A DNA stretch of 63,842 nt, the filler included, from Trichosphaerium sp. ATCC 40318 (lineage: Eukaryota > Protista > Tubulinea), in NCBI GenBank assembly GCA_038496445.1. It is 5 parts of 5 records of this genome, joined end to end, with 100 filler letters (N's around TTAATTAATTAA, not from the genome) between each part and the next. Parts side by side here need not be neighbours in the genome. Positions count along the whole stretch, not along the records: positions 44,568 to 56,114 come from JALMLS010000608.1; positions 56,215 to 63,842 come from JALMLS010000201.1; 3 more parts are not named here. One strand, written 5' to 3'. The translations under genes were made by a program, and so were the position numbers. Below, one piece after another: positions 48,534 through 61,720 of this stretch. Numbering within the stretch: the stretch's first letter is position 1; every line of letters begins with the position of its first letter. The notes beneath the pieces are model-generated. The model was not told where the DNA came from and did no database searches. It saw nothing but the letters and a program-made list of their open reading frames with translations.

Positions 48534-49661
48534 GTTGTGCTATTTGTTGACTTGGCGAAAACTTAGTAATTCGTTCCAAGATGAGATTAGAGGACGGCTT
48601 GAATCATTTGTGATTTATAAGTATGATGATATCAACTCGTTTTTTACATGGTGTACACTCGGTACAGGCGAAGGCCTTTTGTCTCCAAAAACGGTGTTAA
48701 TTTGGAATGTACTTTCTTTTTTGGGATAGCTCCTTCCAAATACATGATTTGAAGTGTGTTGTCATCACCTGGGCGTATTAATGCCAGTATATACTCTCAT
48801 ATCGGATGTCGCTAATTTGACGAAAGATGTTGGTCGAGAATTGACCCGGATTATCAATCAACAAAATTAGCGATAATCCCAAATTTAGTTTGTTATTACC
48901 CATAACGTACATCTTTTTCATCCTTCATAGTTTACCCAATGGGTGCTAGCATATATGTATATATAACTATAACAGTTCTCCTTGTTAACATACACTAGAT
49001 ACTCACAGTGATGAACAAAACCGAGTGCAAAAATATGGACTATTGCTAATCTTTTTTATCGCTCTGCGCCAAATTCCGGCCATATTTTGTTGTAAAATTA
49101 GTCACACATGAAAGTATGACAATGTCCTTCATACATAGGAAATTCGTAGTTGGAAGTCCAATATCATTTGGGTAGCCAACACGTTCGCGAATCTTCGTAT
49201 TTTGGTGAATCGCCCAAACAGTCAAGCAGAGTAAACTAACACGTGGCTCTTGTAGAAACCAGTAATAAGAGCTACTAATCGGTCAGAAAACAATTAACCC
49301 TGATTTAAAAGAGGTACGGTAACAAGAATGGTAAAGCGGAATTGTTCCTCTCGTCGAATTTGGTGTTTGTATACAGATACTGACGTCATACTGTTGGCTA
49401 TGTATCTACCATACCCGCCAATGGTGACATTTTGTGAAGGTCGGTTATAGACCCGAGCGATGTCGTCAACAAAAGGGAATAGCGGTCATTGTAGCTAGTA
49501 TTTGCTGTATCACATCTTTTCGAACAAACTCGAACAATTTTCGAACAATTTTCGAACCAAATTTTTTTCCAGTTTGTATATTAATCCATGATAGAAAAAC
49601 TCGTTTTGTAAGCACGTGGACCATTTAATTCCTGTACAAGCTTTCGCTAGCATATTTCAAC

Positions 49662-52600
49662 ATGTCTGATATTACGCCTACGGACCCAGGTACGCAACAC
49701 AACCTTAAAAACCGACATGAGATTCTAGCAAGAACAACTTTTCTTGTTACGCCTGAATTTTCATACGTAACGCAACGCAAACAGTCGATTACACTACTTT
49801 GAATTAATTTTATTGGTAAAAATTTTTTCTATCCCAATTCAGACCACAGATCACGACTAAACACCTTTTTCATTTTATTGTGACAACACGTTTTGATTTT
49901 GAACCAAGTTGGTCATGTTGAGCATGGCAAGTTTCCTGGGGAGAAGTACTGGCCAGATGGTACTTTGCAATACAAAGGCGAATTAAAGGATAAGAAACGT
50001 CATGGTAAGGGAGTGTATCTTTATCAAAATGGTACCAAGTACATTGGACAATTTGAACATGACAAGTTCCATGGTATTGGTGAGAAGTATTGGCCAGATG
50101 GTCGTAAATACATTGGTAAATTTGAGGACGACAGGAAGTCAGCAAGTGGCAGTAAAAAGAAGAAAACTATTGCTGGAAACCCAGATCAGGTTGCCTTTTC
50201 TAACATTGTGGATACAACATTCCCTTCCCCTGACGGATCAATTATAGATTTATTTTTGTCTGATTATAGTGCAACCAAAGATATAACCAAAGTTGTAGTG
50301 TATACAAAGTATACTCACGTTCACAACCAATTATTTGCGGATCCATTCATTGTCGATATTGGCAGCATGAAAGCTATTGAATTACGTGACGTATGTGCCT
50401 CAAAAGTGTTTGAGGTGTATTCTGAGGAGACATACGAAGCTGTTGAATACGCTATAAAGAGGCATCAAATAATCTATGAAGGTTGTACTTGTGATTTTGT
50501 ATTTATCTATGACCTTTGCAAAAAAGATCCTGGAATATCACTTTATGAAAGTGCGGTGTCTTTTATACCACTACCTTTATACTAATTAATTCTTTAATAG
50601 TAACAAGCATGGCACGTGGCCTTCCTGGAGTACGTGTGATACCCATAAAAAAGAAGGACACTTTAGCAGACGAAATGATACGACAGTTCCAATATAACTA
50701 TTGGTATGGCTTTGCCAAAATGGATAAGGTAATTAGATGTGGTGTTGTGAACGGAGTGAGTCATAACAACTACGATTTCGTTGAGCAATTAGAAGCCAAA
50801 ATAATGGTTGTAGGCCATGAAGGAGCAGGTATTTAATCAATTGGATGAGTGATACACTAAATATTTATTAGGCAAGACAACACTTGTGAGGACATTGGCA
50901 AAGGAAACAAATAGAATAGCAGATTCAACAATTGGTTTTGATACATCACATCTCTCGTATGTTCTACACCTGTAGAACCATAGGTTTAGTGTGCTTTAGG
51001 TTCCATGGTGTATCATTCACAGTGTTAGACTTTGCTGGACAGACGGAATATAAAGGATTGCATAAGTACTTTTTAGCAAGGCAACTCACAATTTACATCA
51101 TCGTTGTAAGTTCATAGTGCACCTATATCACGCTTGTTTCTTCCTTATCATTCATCAACTTTAGATTGACTTGTCAACATCAATCAAAGAGCAGCAAGAG
51201 CACCTCAGATATTGGTGTCAGGCGTTAAATGAGATACTATTTGGCCAAGATCCGAAGTTATACTCAGTGATTGTATTTGGATCCAAATTGGATATCTTTT
51301 TAGGAGATATCAACGCTAATACACAAGCATTGCTTCCTATTGGACTATCGCTTGTACAGTACTTGTGCTTAGACGGTACCACCTTTATACGTTTTTACAA
51401 TTGCTTGTCCTTACCCTTACTGTTTAGGAACAAGTGCTCTCGTTAAATTATTGGAGCGCCAATCTAAGTACTTGAAGTCCCAATATCCTAGAGTACCTTC
51501 AATGTACATAGATATCAAGAATGCACTTGAGAAAATTACCAACAGGGATAATCTTAAGGACAACATCATATCAATGTAGGTCATTTGAGTGTATTTAATT
51601 TGTTACTAACTAGCACTTCAGACAGAAGCTAATAGAAGAAAAGTTATTTGAGAACTCTACTAGAATGTCTCCAATAGAGTTGATTGCTGCATTGAATTAC
51701 CTTCATTCCATTGGTAGCATCATGTTTGATGAGGTATGTGCTTCTCAAAATAAGAGTATGCTCGCTAACATTTACCATATTTAGTCGTCATACATGCTGT
51801 GTTTGCACCCTCCTATTCTATCTCGTATCATGAGTGCATTTCTAGCACCCAAAGAACATCTTGATAGATTGATCAAAAACAACAATCATAATCATCATGC
51901 TGTATTCACTGACTCAGAAGCTAAATCTCGAATCTCAAAGCTATTTCCAAACTGCACTAAACGTGAAGTGAAGCAGGTGATGAAATTCTTGGTACAAATG
52001 TCGTTCTGCGTTCGCTTGACAGAAGAAGAAAAGGTAACTCTATTTTTTTGTTGTTAAAGTACCACTCATAGTCAATGTTTATTCAGGTTGTGTATGGCGC
52101 TGATGGATACCTTATTACATCGCTATTACCTAAAGCTGATATGCTTTACTTTCCTCCATTGACCCAAAAGGAGCAAAGTATTACGTTAGTTCAGACAAAG
52201 AACAAAAACTCACATGAGTTACCAGAAGTATTCTCTTTGTCTAAATCACCAACAGAGTGGAAGATATTATCATATATACCTACAACAGACTCTAAAGTTG
52301 AACATAAAGTGGTAGAAACAGTCACCATAAACAAGGAAACCAATAAAATAGTACGGCGTATTTCATTTTCCGTAAATTCAAAACTAACAATATCACGTGT
52401 TAGTCACTACCTGATCAATATGAGGTCATACCACATGTTTCAAAGTTCTTGGCATACACTTTTAACTCGCAAGATCTACCTATAGACATATTTAATGACT
52501 TGCAGAGAAGACTGAGAAGTACGCCAACATGAACGGTTTATGATAGATACTAAACACTAAAAATAGAGTTCCAAAACAAAGAGTTTCGTTTGTTTTCAAA

Positions 52601-53549
52601 CTTGATTGTACTCTCTGATTTCTATGGCAATATCATCACATTATATTATATTGATCATAGCATCAAAGTTATCATTAGAGGGATAGTACCACAGCTATGG
52701 ACGGTAATAACAAATTAAGCGAAATTATCTGATAACATCTTTAGGTATCTCTTGATGCTTATTTAAAATCTTTGGACATCACTCCAGTTCCACTCTGTCC
52801 TATTAGCGTACAATTTGGAGAGTTTGTTGAGGTTACAAACAGTTCATACACATGCAATAAAACAAGTGCGTTTTTTGGCATACAAGTTAACAAACTGATC
52901 ATTTGTTAGAACATGTTGTCACTGAGAGTCATTTAAAAGAAGGATTTCCTTTACAAAAACGTGGACGACATAATCTATGGGGTAGCCTGCACGGAGAAAA
53001 ATTTCTGAAAATAGGTGACTGGGAAACACCTCAAAAGTATCCTGGGTTACAAATCACGTTTCTCACAAAAGATGAGAAAAGCAAGGTAAACCACATTTGA
53101 ATACCATGACTTTCTTACTAATTGATATAAGGAACGTTATGATGAGTATCTGAGGGCTAGCAACATGTTTTATAAGTTCATGGGGACTGACAGTGCTTCA
53201 TTTTATGAGTTGGAGAAGATTGCGTTCTTTAACAATCCAAAACTTGACGACAAATTCGAGGAGCAATACAATACTTTTGTCAAGAAAGTACTTCAATCCA
53301 AAAAATCAGGCAAGTCACACCCTTCTTGGTCAGCTTTCCCCAACAGTTTAGATGTGAATGACAATTCCACTGTGGATGAAGATACACGTAAATCACAAGA
53401 ACGGACTCTGAATCATTTGAAGAGCTATGTGATGCGTGTTTCAGGCAATGAGCAAATCAACCTCATACCTGGATTACACGGTACATCAGAGGTATATCAC
53501 ATTTATTTTCATCAGTACCTAACCTTAGATTTTAGGATACTAGCTTTAA
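49662..53549 (+). CDS. MORN-Roc-COR protein with C-terminal PARP/ART-like domain, interrupted by a transposon
   Basis: MORN: YKGELKDKKRHGKG..YIGQFEHDKFHGIG. Roc: KIMVVGHEGAG|KTTL, STIG, LDFAGQTEY, VFGSKLD. COR-like: ALNYLHSIGSI..LHPPILS. ART-like: IAFFNNPKLDDKF...NLIPGLHGTSE. Confidence 0.7.
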
Positions 53550-56114
53550 GGGGGCACTCTGGAGTCAAAAAAAAATTTTCTGTAAAGACACTTACATGGT
53601 GTAAAATAATGCTGCGGTTTGATCGGCGGTGGTTTCGTTTGATTCCGTTCACTCTCAAGCTCACAATTTGCAAAACAAAAATGGAAAATTTTTTTTTGAT
53701 CAAAATTTTTGTCGGGAAATAAATGTTAAGTAAGGGTTTATACACTTAAATATTGTTTATTTACTATCAATGGCATCGTTTCGAGGTAAATGTGCCTCTT
53801 GTGGATCTAATATACGCTCTAATAAAGAAAAACGACCAATAAAACCAGAATCCATTATAAAGATGATAAAGCTACGCATATATGCCGAAACTGCAATAAA
53901 ATTGTTTGTGCAGTGCTAAAGGCTAAAAAAGAACAAAAAAAATCCCTTAACTCACGAGGTCGCAAAGTATCCGCTGACTCACTAATTATTGAACGAAAAA
54001 TATTCGAAAATCTTTTATTTGTCAGTACCGTGTACTAAATGCGGTGATACTAACTGGAAGATACCAGATGAAAGCACTGCTACTGGTATAATATCACACT
54101 ATACACTTAAGTGTCAAACATGTCGTTCTACCAAGAAGTTTGATACACACAATACAACAGAACATGAATCATCAAAAAAATTTACTGCAAATGTCAAAGC
54201 TGTAGCAGCTATATCCCTCTCAAGACTAGAATTAAGTCAAGCAAGAGCACTCATGGGCGCTCTTGGATTGCCTGTAATTAACAAAGACTTGGGTACAAAG
54301 ATTCAAAAATATGTGTGGAAAGCAACAACAGCTGTGGCTACACAAGCATGCTATCGTGGCAAGAAAAAATACAAATTATTGAAAATAGACTTGGTAGCTG
54401 ATGGTGCTTGGTCACATGTAGCTTATAACAACGCCAGACATGGAACACTATTTGTTATAGATTATAAAATACGGAAAATTATCTTTGCTGGGGTTAAAAC
54501 TAAACTACAAAACGTTTCTACTGCATCAGGCACACATACATTTGTTGGAAATTATGACGGTTCCTCCAAAGGAATGGAAGGTGCTTTGTTTAAAGATATG
54601 ATAGAGGAATTAGCTTGCAATGATTATTAAAAAACGTTTGTAGTGTATCATTAGATGGTGATGCTTCTACAAACAGTGCTTGGACTACAGATACAAGAAC
54701 GCAGCTTATTCCTGTGTATAGAGATCCAGGTCATATGAAAAAAGCATTTAAAAAGCGATTGCAACTCATTTTTGGAAAATCAAAACGATACGTGACATAT
54801 CCAGATCGTATAACAACTTGGTTTATGCGTTGTATTAAAGAATCTGAAAAAAAGTATCCCGATGATATATCTGCTATGAGAAATGAGTTTTTGTTTCGTT
54901 GGGGATTTACAATGTCTCACTATTCAGCTATCATGTGTAAAGACAAATGTCCATGTATTACAACTCATTGGAAGTCTTGCGAATCAAAATCATCTTTATT
55001 TGAAACGCATATGGTGTCTGATGTTTGGACAGAGGTATTCAGTTATTTAGAACCACCAGATCGAGGTAAATTTAAAAAAGTTAGCTGGCACGCTAATTAC
55101 ATTATGTCCAAGTTTGAAAAGAAGTATTTAAACAAAAACTCAGGCAGATATTTAACAGTATATGGAGATGATCAAAAGAAAAAAAAGCACTACAAAAAGA
55201 GGTAACAGCTATCACCAAACAAGTAAACACATTTATTCATGGAAAAAATACTTGTTATGTTGAGTCTCTCAACAATGCTAAGCTAAAATGGGTTTCTAAA
55301 CGAATCAATTATAGAGCCAGCTTTACTCCTCGCATTCATGCTTTTGTTGTCGAACACAATGAGGCAAGGTTGAGTTACACAAGCGTGTATTGCAGCAATT
55401 ATGTCTTGCAATTACTGATTATTCAAAACGCGAATTAGAAATATTGGATCACTCTACAAAACAAGATAAGAAACGCAAGGCCTCGGACAGTTATAAGATG
55501 CAGCAAAACGCATTAAAACGAGCTAAAAATATTAAAAAACAAAAGAAGCTGGTATATCTAATGCAGCTGGAGACGTATATGGAGAGCAAGAAAAAACAGA
55601 AGCCATGAGTTCAGAACATGAAGTCCAAGAAATACTAACCTTAGACAATGGTGGAACAAAAGTAGATGTCACAATTATTACCTTAAAAGCATTTTTAAGG
55701 CCAAGAAAGATTCTTATGACAGGGAAAAGGCAAGCATTAATTGATCGAGTGTTGGCAAACAAAGATGCAAAAAAAGTGTTAGAAAAAAAAAAAAAAAAAT
55801 CTACAGTTTTTTGCTATAAAATTGTCAACATCTCATAGTCACCATAACTCACCATGTTCATATTTTCACAATAAGCTTTTAGTTGTATAGGGGACATATG
55901 ATGAAAAGGTGGGTTCCGTACCTTTCCGTACTACAAAGTGAAAAATTTTCATCATAACAAACTCATTCATCAAGCACTGCATTCAAATGAATCTTTTATT
56001 ACAGATTAAACTCGCCATTGTGAAGCCCTTCAAAAAAAAAATCAAAAAAAACAATGGCTTACAAGCATAAAAATCAGTTCCGAAATATTTGTCGAAAATC
56101 GCTCAGAGTGCCCC
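53550..56114 (+). mobile_element. Kolobok-type DDE DNA transposon
   Basis: TTAA|GGGGGCACTCTG at the left end; CAGAGTGCCCC at the right end, where the contig stops. An intronless transposase lies inside. Confidence 0.8.
53770..55838 (+). CDS. Kolobok/'Mutator-like' transposase (frameshifted as assembled) with F-box-like insert and SAP-like C-terminus
   Basis: CxxC...CxxC, NVKAVAA, ADGAWSH (D1), NYDGSSKGMEG, SLDGDAST (D2), RDPGHMKK, HGKNTCYVESLNN (E). Frame changes fall at A/T runs. Confidence 0.78.
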
Positions 56115-56214
56115 NNNNNNNNNNNNNNNNNNNNNNNNNNNNNNNNNNNNNNNNNNNNTTAATTAATTAANNNNNNNNNNNNNNNNNNNNNNNNNNNNNN
56201 NNNNNNNNNNNNNN
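56115..56214. other. Artificial contig linker
   Basis: N44-TTAATTAATTAA-N44. Confidence 0.97.
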
Positions 56215-57052
56215 GGCTTGGCATCCACGCGCCAGGGTGTGGCTTGTCCTCAGAGAAAGGAACATTCTTAGCATCAAACTTTTCGCCAGCCTTACGCCTT
56301 ATCTCCTTTAAGGCAATACTCGTATTAACCCATCCGGGAACGAGCAAAAGAGCACGGACTTTGCATCCTGGAGTAGTACGCAGTGTATGCTGTAACCCCT
56401 CAGTCACAACTTTAACTCCTGCCTTTGATACGTTGTAAGCGCAATCTCCTGGGGGGAACGTGATGCCCTGTTTGGATCCTGTATTGACAATAACTGCTTC
56501 AGTGCCTTGGTCGATCATGGCCTTGTTTGAAAGAGTCAGCTTTGAGAGAAGTCGTAAAAGAAGAAAAATTGTAGATTGCGGACAAATTGTTTTTAGCGTA
56601 CTCACCTTGGAGAATACCTGTACGCCATATATTACACCGAATAGGTTAACTTGGAGGACTTTATGCCATCTTTCAAGGTTTTCGGTTGGAGCTAGAGTTT
56701 AAAGTTATGAAACAACCATGAAGTGGTTTTTCTACGCGTGGGGTACCTCCTCCGCCGACTATTCCAGCGTTGTTGAATAAAAAGTCAACTTTGCTCCATT
56801 TGGTGTAAACAGTATCTTTCAATGCCTGGACGCTCTCAAGCACAGAAACATCTGTAATTGAGCTTATAACGTCGTTTGAATCTGCAGCTAACGTCTTGAC
56901 CTTCTCGATTGCTGTTTTCAATCCGCTTTCGTCGATATCGGCCATACACACCTTCATGCCTTGTTTGGCGCAGTACTTGGCTGTAGCCAGACCAATACCA
57001 GATGATGCGCCTGTAATAACAGCAACGTTTCGTTAGATAGCACGCTTGTCAT
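56215..57052 (-). CDS. Short-chain dehydrogenase/reductase (3' truncated)
   Basis: VAVITGASSGIG, DFLFNNAG, VNLFGVIYG, VNTGSKQG, YNVSK (YxxxK), VPGWVNT; 1-nt slip near 57030. Confidence 0.9.
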
Positions 57053-58292
57053 TTCCGTGTAGAAGGGAGTAAATTGGTTTCAAACTGAAAACAACTTTTC
57101 GCCGGTTGTTAAGGAGGCGTGTACATAGTTCACAAGGTACGTATTCGCTCCGACCACCCAACAAAAACGCCCATGAGAGTACACATGTTAAATTAAGCGC
57201 AAAAAAACCTCAAAAGCGTAACACTGCGTTCTCAGATTTTATCAACATTTTATCACGTTTTCGACTGATTCCATACTTTTTTTCATGTAGAGTCGCTGTT
57301 ATTTTTCTAATTGTAGTGTTGTAATTGCTGATCTACATTCACTTTGGAACTCTGGGATCACGAAAACCGAACCTGCAGACCAATACTTACAACATTGTAA
57401 AACCAACAAAATTGATTTAAAACGTGGAAGCACCAGCGCTTCCAAACGTCAAAACATGTTTATATTATAGTAGAACAATAATCAGCAAGGCTACTGAGTT
57501 TGTAAACACTTAAAATCAGGCACGTAAAACAATGCAGATAGGTAAAAAATGATAGAGATGGTTTTTTTATAAACGTGTATTTGTATTAGTACATTAATAA
57601 TAATAGCCAAAGTCCTATCCCAAATTGAACCTTTGGGCGACGCCCTCAATGTATTTATCAGTTCTCACGGGATTCTATGTATGAGGCCGCAACCTCATTG
57701 CAAAGTGTTGAGCAAGCTAAAACAGCGCGAAATTAATGTTCATGTTGATTCATGTACATTGCTAAATGTGCCTACATTCTCTCAGCAATCCAATAAACTG
57801 AGGCTATACAGCAAGCTTCTAACAGAGAGTGTCGGCATTAAGGCCAGCATTAAATCCTTTCAATTAATTTAGGTCTATGTAGATTTGTTGTTAAACAACT
57901 TCACTGAAGTCTTCTCTTGCACTACAATACGCTCATATACTACAATAGCAACTAAAGGTCAGGCTTACTTACACTACCATTACATAACTATTACGAAAGA
58001 AGGAATACTTATACTTCAACATAAACAGCAAACACAGAGCAAAAAAAAGAATACAACATCAACTCAGTTCTTCGTTCGAACATAGAAATAAACAAGGAAC
58101 CAAAGACAACGCGATCAAAAGTGATACCATAAATACAGGAAGTAAAAAAAAAAGAAAGGTAAGACATAGGAACTGAAAAAAGCGTTAAAAACTCAAAGAA
58201 GATTCAAGTTTATCTGAATGTGAACGGTCTCTCAGAGATTTGTAGGAACTTCAAAGCAACAAAAAACAGAATTCTATACACTAAACAAGCTC

Positions 58293-58961
58293 ATGAAGAA
58301 AAGATTTGAAGAATTAATTGCCGCGAATCAGTCGCGCCAAAATTTGACACCGTTCGTCAGCAAAATCATGGAATACGTACCAGACATGATAACATCAATC
58401 GCAAATGGCACTAAGACAGCACCACAAGGGGAAATGGTTCAAGACGTAATGTACAAACTTCCAATGTACCAATACGGCGATTACGAGCTACGTCTTCATT
58501 ACGTGCTCTCTGGTACTACTACGCAGATACATAATCATACGCGTACGATGTATTCGCTTCTTCTTGGTGGAACATACACGAATACAATCTGGGGCGTTAT
58601 TCCAAACGATCGTGGTGCCTATCAGCAATGGCAAAGGACTCCAAACATCCACAACGTCTTCAAAGAAACTGTAAATTCGGAAGGACAAAAGATGTTTTCA
58701 GACTTGATTGTACATACCTCTTCCAAGCGCAAATTACTATCAGTCCTTCAAATTCCAAGTGGGATATACCATTCGATTAAGACAGACAGCAAGGAGCCTT
58801 CAATCTCAGTCGTTATTAGGCTTCCAGCCGATAAAAAGAAGGCTGATTTTTGGGTTCCTAGAGGAGAGGACTTGTACAAAGAAGAAGTACCAAGTGAGAC
58901 CATGACAGACACCGACACGAGATCCATGTGGCGTGATCTTGCCGACACGCTATCCTTGTAA
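58293..58961 (+). CDS. Cupin-fold (cysteine dioxygenase-like) protein, intronless
   Basis: ELRLH, IHNH..MYSLLLGG, IPSGIYHSI: a 3-His cupin pattern. Confidence 0.6.
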   Translation: MKKRFEELIAANQSRQNLTPFVSKIMEYVPDMITSIANGTKTAPQGEMVQDVMYKLPMYQYGDYELRLHYVLSGTTTQIHNHTRTMYSLLLGGTYTNTIWGVIPNDRGAYQQWQRTPNIHNVFKETVNSEGQKMFSDLIVHTSSKRKLLSVLQIPSGIYHSIKTDSKEPSISVVIRLPADKKKADFWVPRGEDLYKEEVPSETMTDTDTRSMWRDLADTLSL

Positions 58962-59122
58962 AAAACCAACTGTAAATAACATTCTTGTACATATAAAAAA
59001 TGACTAACTACTTGTATTGATTTGCGTTTGGACAGTTTTTTTGTGAGGTGTCAAAAGTCTTTAAAATGATTCATTGAAGGGTTTTTAACTATTTGTGCCA
59101 TCTGTATTTAGGGCGTTGCAAT

Positions 59123-60435
59123 ATGAGCGCAAGTAAAGCCCTCTTTTCGTTCGGCATGTTCGCTGATGCCCAGTACGCCGTAAAGGAGATGGTAAAGGTA
59201 AAAAAACGCTTGGTTAAACCCAAATTATAATTTATCAGAGTTAACACCTCAAAGTCAAGGTATTACGATAAGGCAGCGGACAGATTACAGGTTTGTCTTA
59301 ATGAGTTGTCAAAACACGAGCTTAGCTGCGTTTTTAACGTTGGTACGTATCAACGACGCGTGTGAGCGTATAATAACAGTTTATTGTAGGTGACATTATT
59401 GACGGCAACGAAACAGAGGCCAAAACAAACTCAGACATGGACAGAGTGCTATCGGTACTGGACACCTATAAGGGCAAATTTAATCATGTCATTGGTACGT
59501 TTTGTATCCCAACGCGCTTCCCAGACTGTCACAGCATTTACAACCACTACCTGTATTTTACATTCACTACTTTTAACGCTTTTACCTTATTAATACTATA
59601 GGCAACCATTGCCTAGCGCTACCAGGAGGTAAAACAAAGCTCATGGAGGTATTGAAAATGCAAAAGAATTACTACGTTGCCTTTGATCACGACAATTATG
59701 TCGGCGTTGTACTTGGTAAGTTTTAAGAATAAAAAACTTGACGCTCACTCCTTCCAGATGGCACAGATGTTGGTCTCATGTCTTGGCCTGAAGGATCAAA
59801 ACAATGGGAAGAAGCTAATACAATGTACAAGTCTCTTCTAGACAAAGAAGCCCCAAATGCAGAGGTTGTTAACAATGGGTTTTTTTCTTCATAAAACAGT
59901 GAATTTTATATTGTCCTTTTTAATCCCAGTCTAGCCATGGAATAGTGCGATAGGTAAAGATCAGATAGATTGGTTACAAGCAATAATTAGTAAATCACGT
60001 ACAGAGAAGAAGAAGTGCGTAAATCTTGTGTTTGTGGGTACTTGTACTAATCTTCTTTTCTTTACATGAAGGGTTTTATTGTTTTGTCATTATCCTATTT
60101 ATGATAAAGCCAGCTTTGCGCGTCACTTGCTTTGGAACAGCCATGAAATGTTGGATATACTTGACAAAAATAAAGACGTTGTTGTGGCGTGGATTAACGG
60201 ACACTATCACAAAGGTGGTTATGCACAACACCCGTACGATTTCCAATACTACATTTTCTTTTTTTTAAATTGACATGTCAAAAAAAGGAATGGCATACAT
60301 CACGTTACAGTACAAGCAATTTTGGAAGCACCTATTGGCTCTAATGCGTATGGTATTTATGATGTATTTTCAGATAGGATTGACATTCGCGGATTTGGTA
60401 CTGTACCGTCACAAACGCTCACTTGGAAAAAATAA
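59123..60435 (+). CDS. ADPRM: Mn-dependent ADP-ribose/CDP-alcohol diphosphatase (metallophosphoesterase)
   Basis: FSFGMFADAQYA, RYY, GDIIDG, GNHCL, WNSAIGKDQIDWL, HYPI, LLWN, GHYHKGGY, GIHHVTVQAILE. Confidence 0.88.
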
Positions 60436-61099
60436 ACTTTCCTTCTTTTTACAACTATCTGCTGGATTTCAATTTAGCATTTTACACTCCTATACATCGC
60501 ACCAGCGCCTTGATACAGGGATGTATACAGTGTGAAGTTAAGCGATTGCCTTAACGGTTTAAATGAGAAATTTCGTATTGCACAGGCGTGAACGCGGTTT
60601 ATAGCATGCAAATACGCTGTAATGTATTAATATTGGTTTGCATTGCGATTCTGGGAGTTTTTAGTTCTAGATTATCAAAAACATCAACATCAGGCTCCTT
60701 GATCTCAGGAAAGTCCAGTAAGTTGGTTTTTAGTATTAAAACAAAATTACGTTTTAACGGCGTAATAAAGGCGCTATTTTATCGACATCAAGCGGGAAAA
60801 TACTTCCACAGGCGTTATACATTAAAGTAGTAATCACACCCAACGAAAAAACAAGGTCACGCGTTAAGGTGATTAAACTTCCTGTTACACCCTTCAATAC
60901 CCTCTAATATCCTACAGAATCACGCAATTATACACAACGAGGAACTAGGATTAGCAGAGGACCTCATATTTAAACTGAACTCGCCGTACACGTGGGGTAA
61001 ACCAAAAAACAAAGAGAAAGACTGCTGATTTTTTTTTTCAAGTTCGTAGCTTTTCTTCATGCGATTATCCATTATTAAGCGAACCACATAAAGTATCAG

Positions 61100-61720
61100 T
61101 ATACCTAGAAAGTGTCAGTGGTACCAAATACGATTATGAGGTCACACTAAGCCATTGTAAGCATTATTCTTATTTTGTTTCAAAAAAAACCAGAATTTTT
61201 GACCTGTTTTCTCAGATCACACTTCTCTGGAGTTGTTCATGGATCGATGGATACACTTTATGGGACCATCGAACGCCACACATTGGATGATACCAATTGG
61301 AAGTGACGCTACACCAAATCAAGCGCACAATATGACATTAGAGTTTCGTTCCATGTCTGATTCGTCACCTACCTCACTCTTGAAATCAGTAACACTACGG
61401 AATAGTATGTAACCGTCTGTTTATGATTTACAAACGATTATTAGGTCATAGTTGTAAGAGTAAGTCCTTCTCAGGAGAAAACGATTGGAGAGAAAAACGG
61501 TTTTTTGATGGTAAGTATTGTTGGTTTTTATTTTGATTTTTTGTTTTTTGGAAAAGGACTATTAAAAAGCCTGACTGTTCTCTTAGATGGCGCAAGACAT
61601 ATTGCGCAGTTTAGTGATTTAGGAGCATCAAATTGGTATGTAGATTTAAAACACAAAGATATACTTGAATCAAAGCGAGGCATTGAGATGAAAGTAACAG
61701 GTATGTACAAAGAGCATTGA
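61100..61720 (+). CDS. Possible small multi-exon hypothetical protein
   Basis: Short open segments bounded by GT/AG (e.g. DGYTLWDHRTPHWMIPIG; GLLKSLTVLLDGARHIAQF...); no domain recognised. Confidence 0.25.

Noticed and set aside
53550-56114. piggyBac assignment (TTAA target)
   Set aside because: Termini begin GG rather than CC, and the transposase motifs (DGxW, GSSKGME, DGD, ESxN) fit Kolobok/Mutator-like.
56111-56170. TTAA after the right Kolobok TIR as the target-site duplication
   Set aside because: That TTAA belongs to the artificial linker beyond 44 Ns; the true right flank is not visible.
28357-60435. NAD/ADP-ribose gene cluster (NMNAT-like, ART-like, ADPRM)
   Set aside because: The three genes lie on three different contigs joined by linkers, so no linkage can be claimed.
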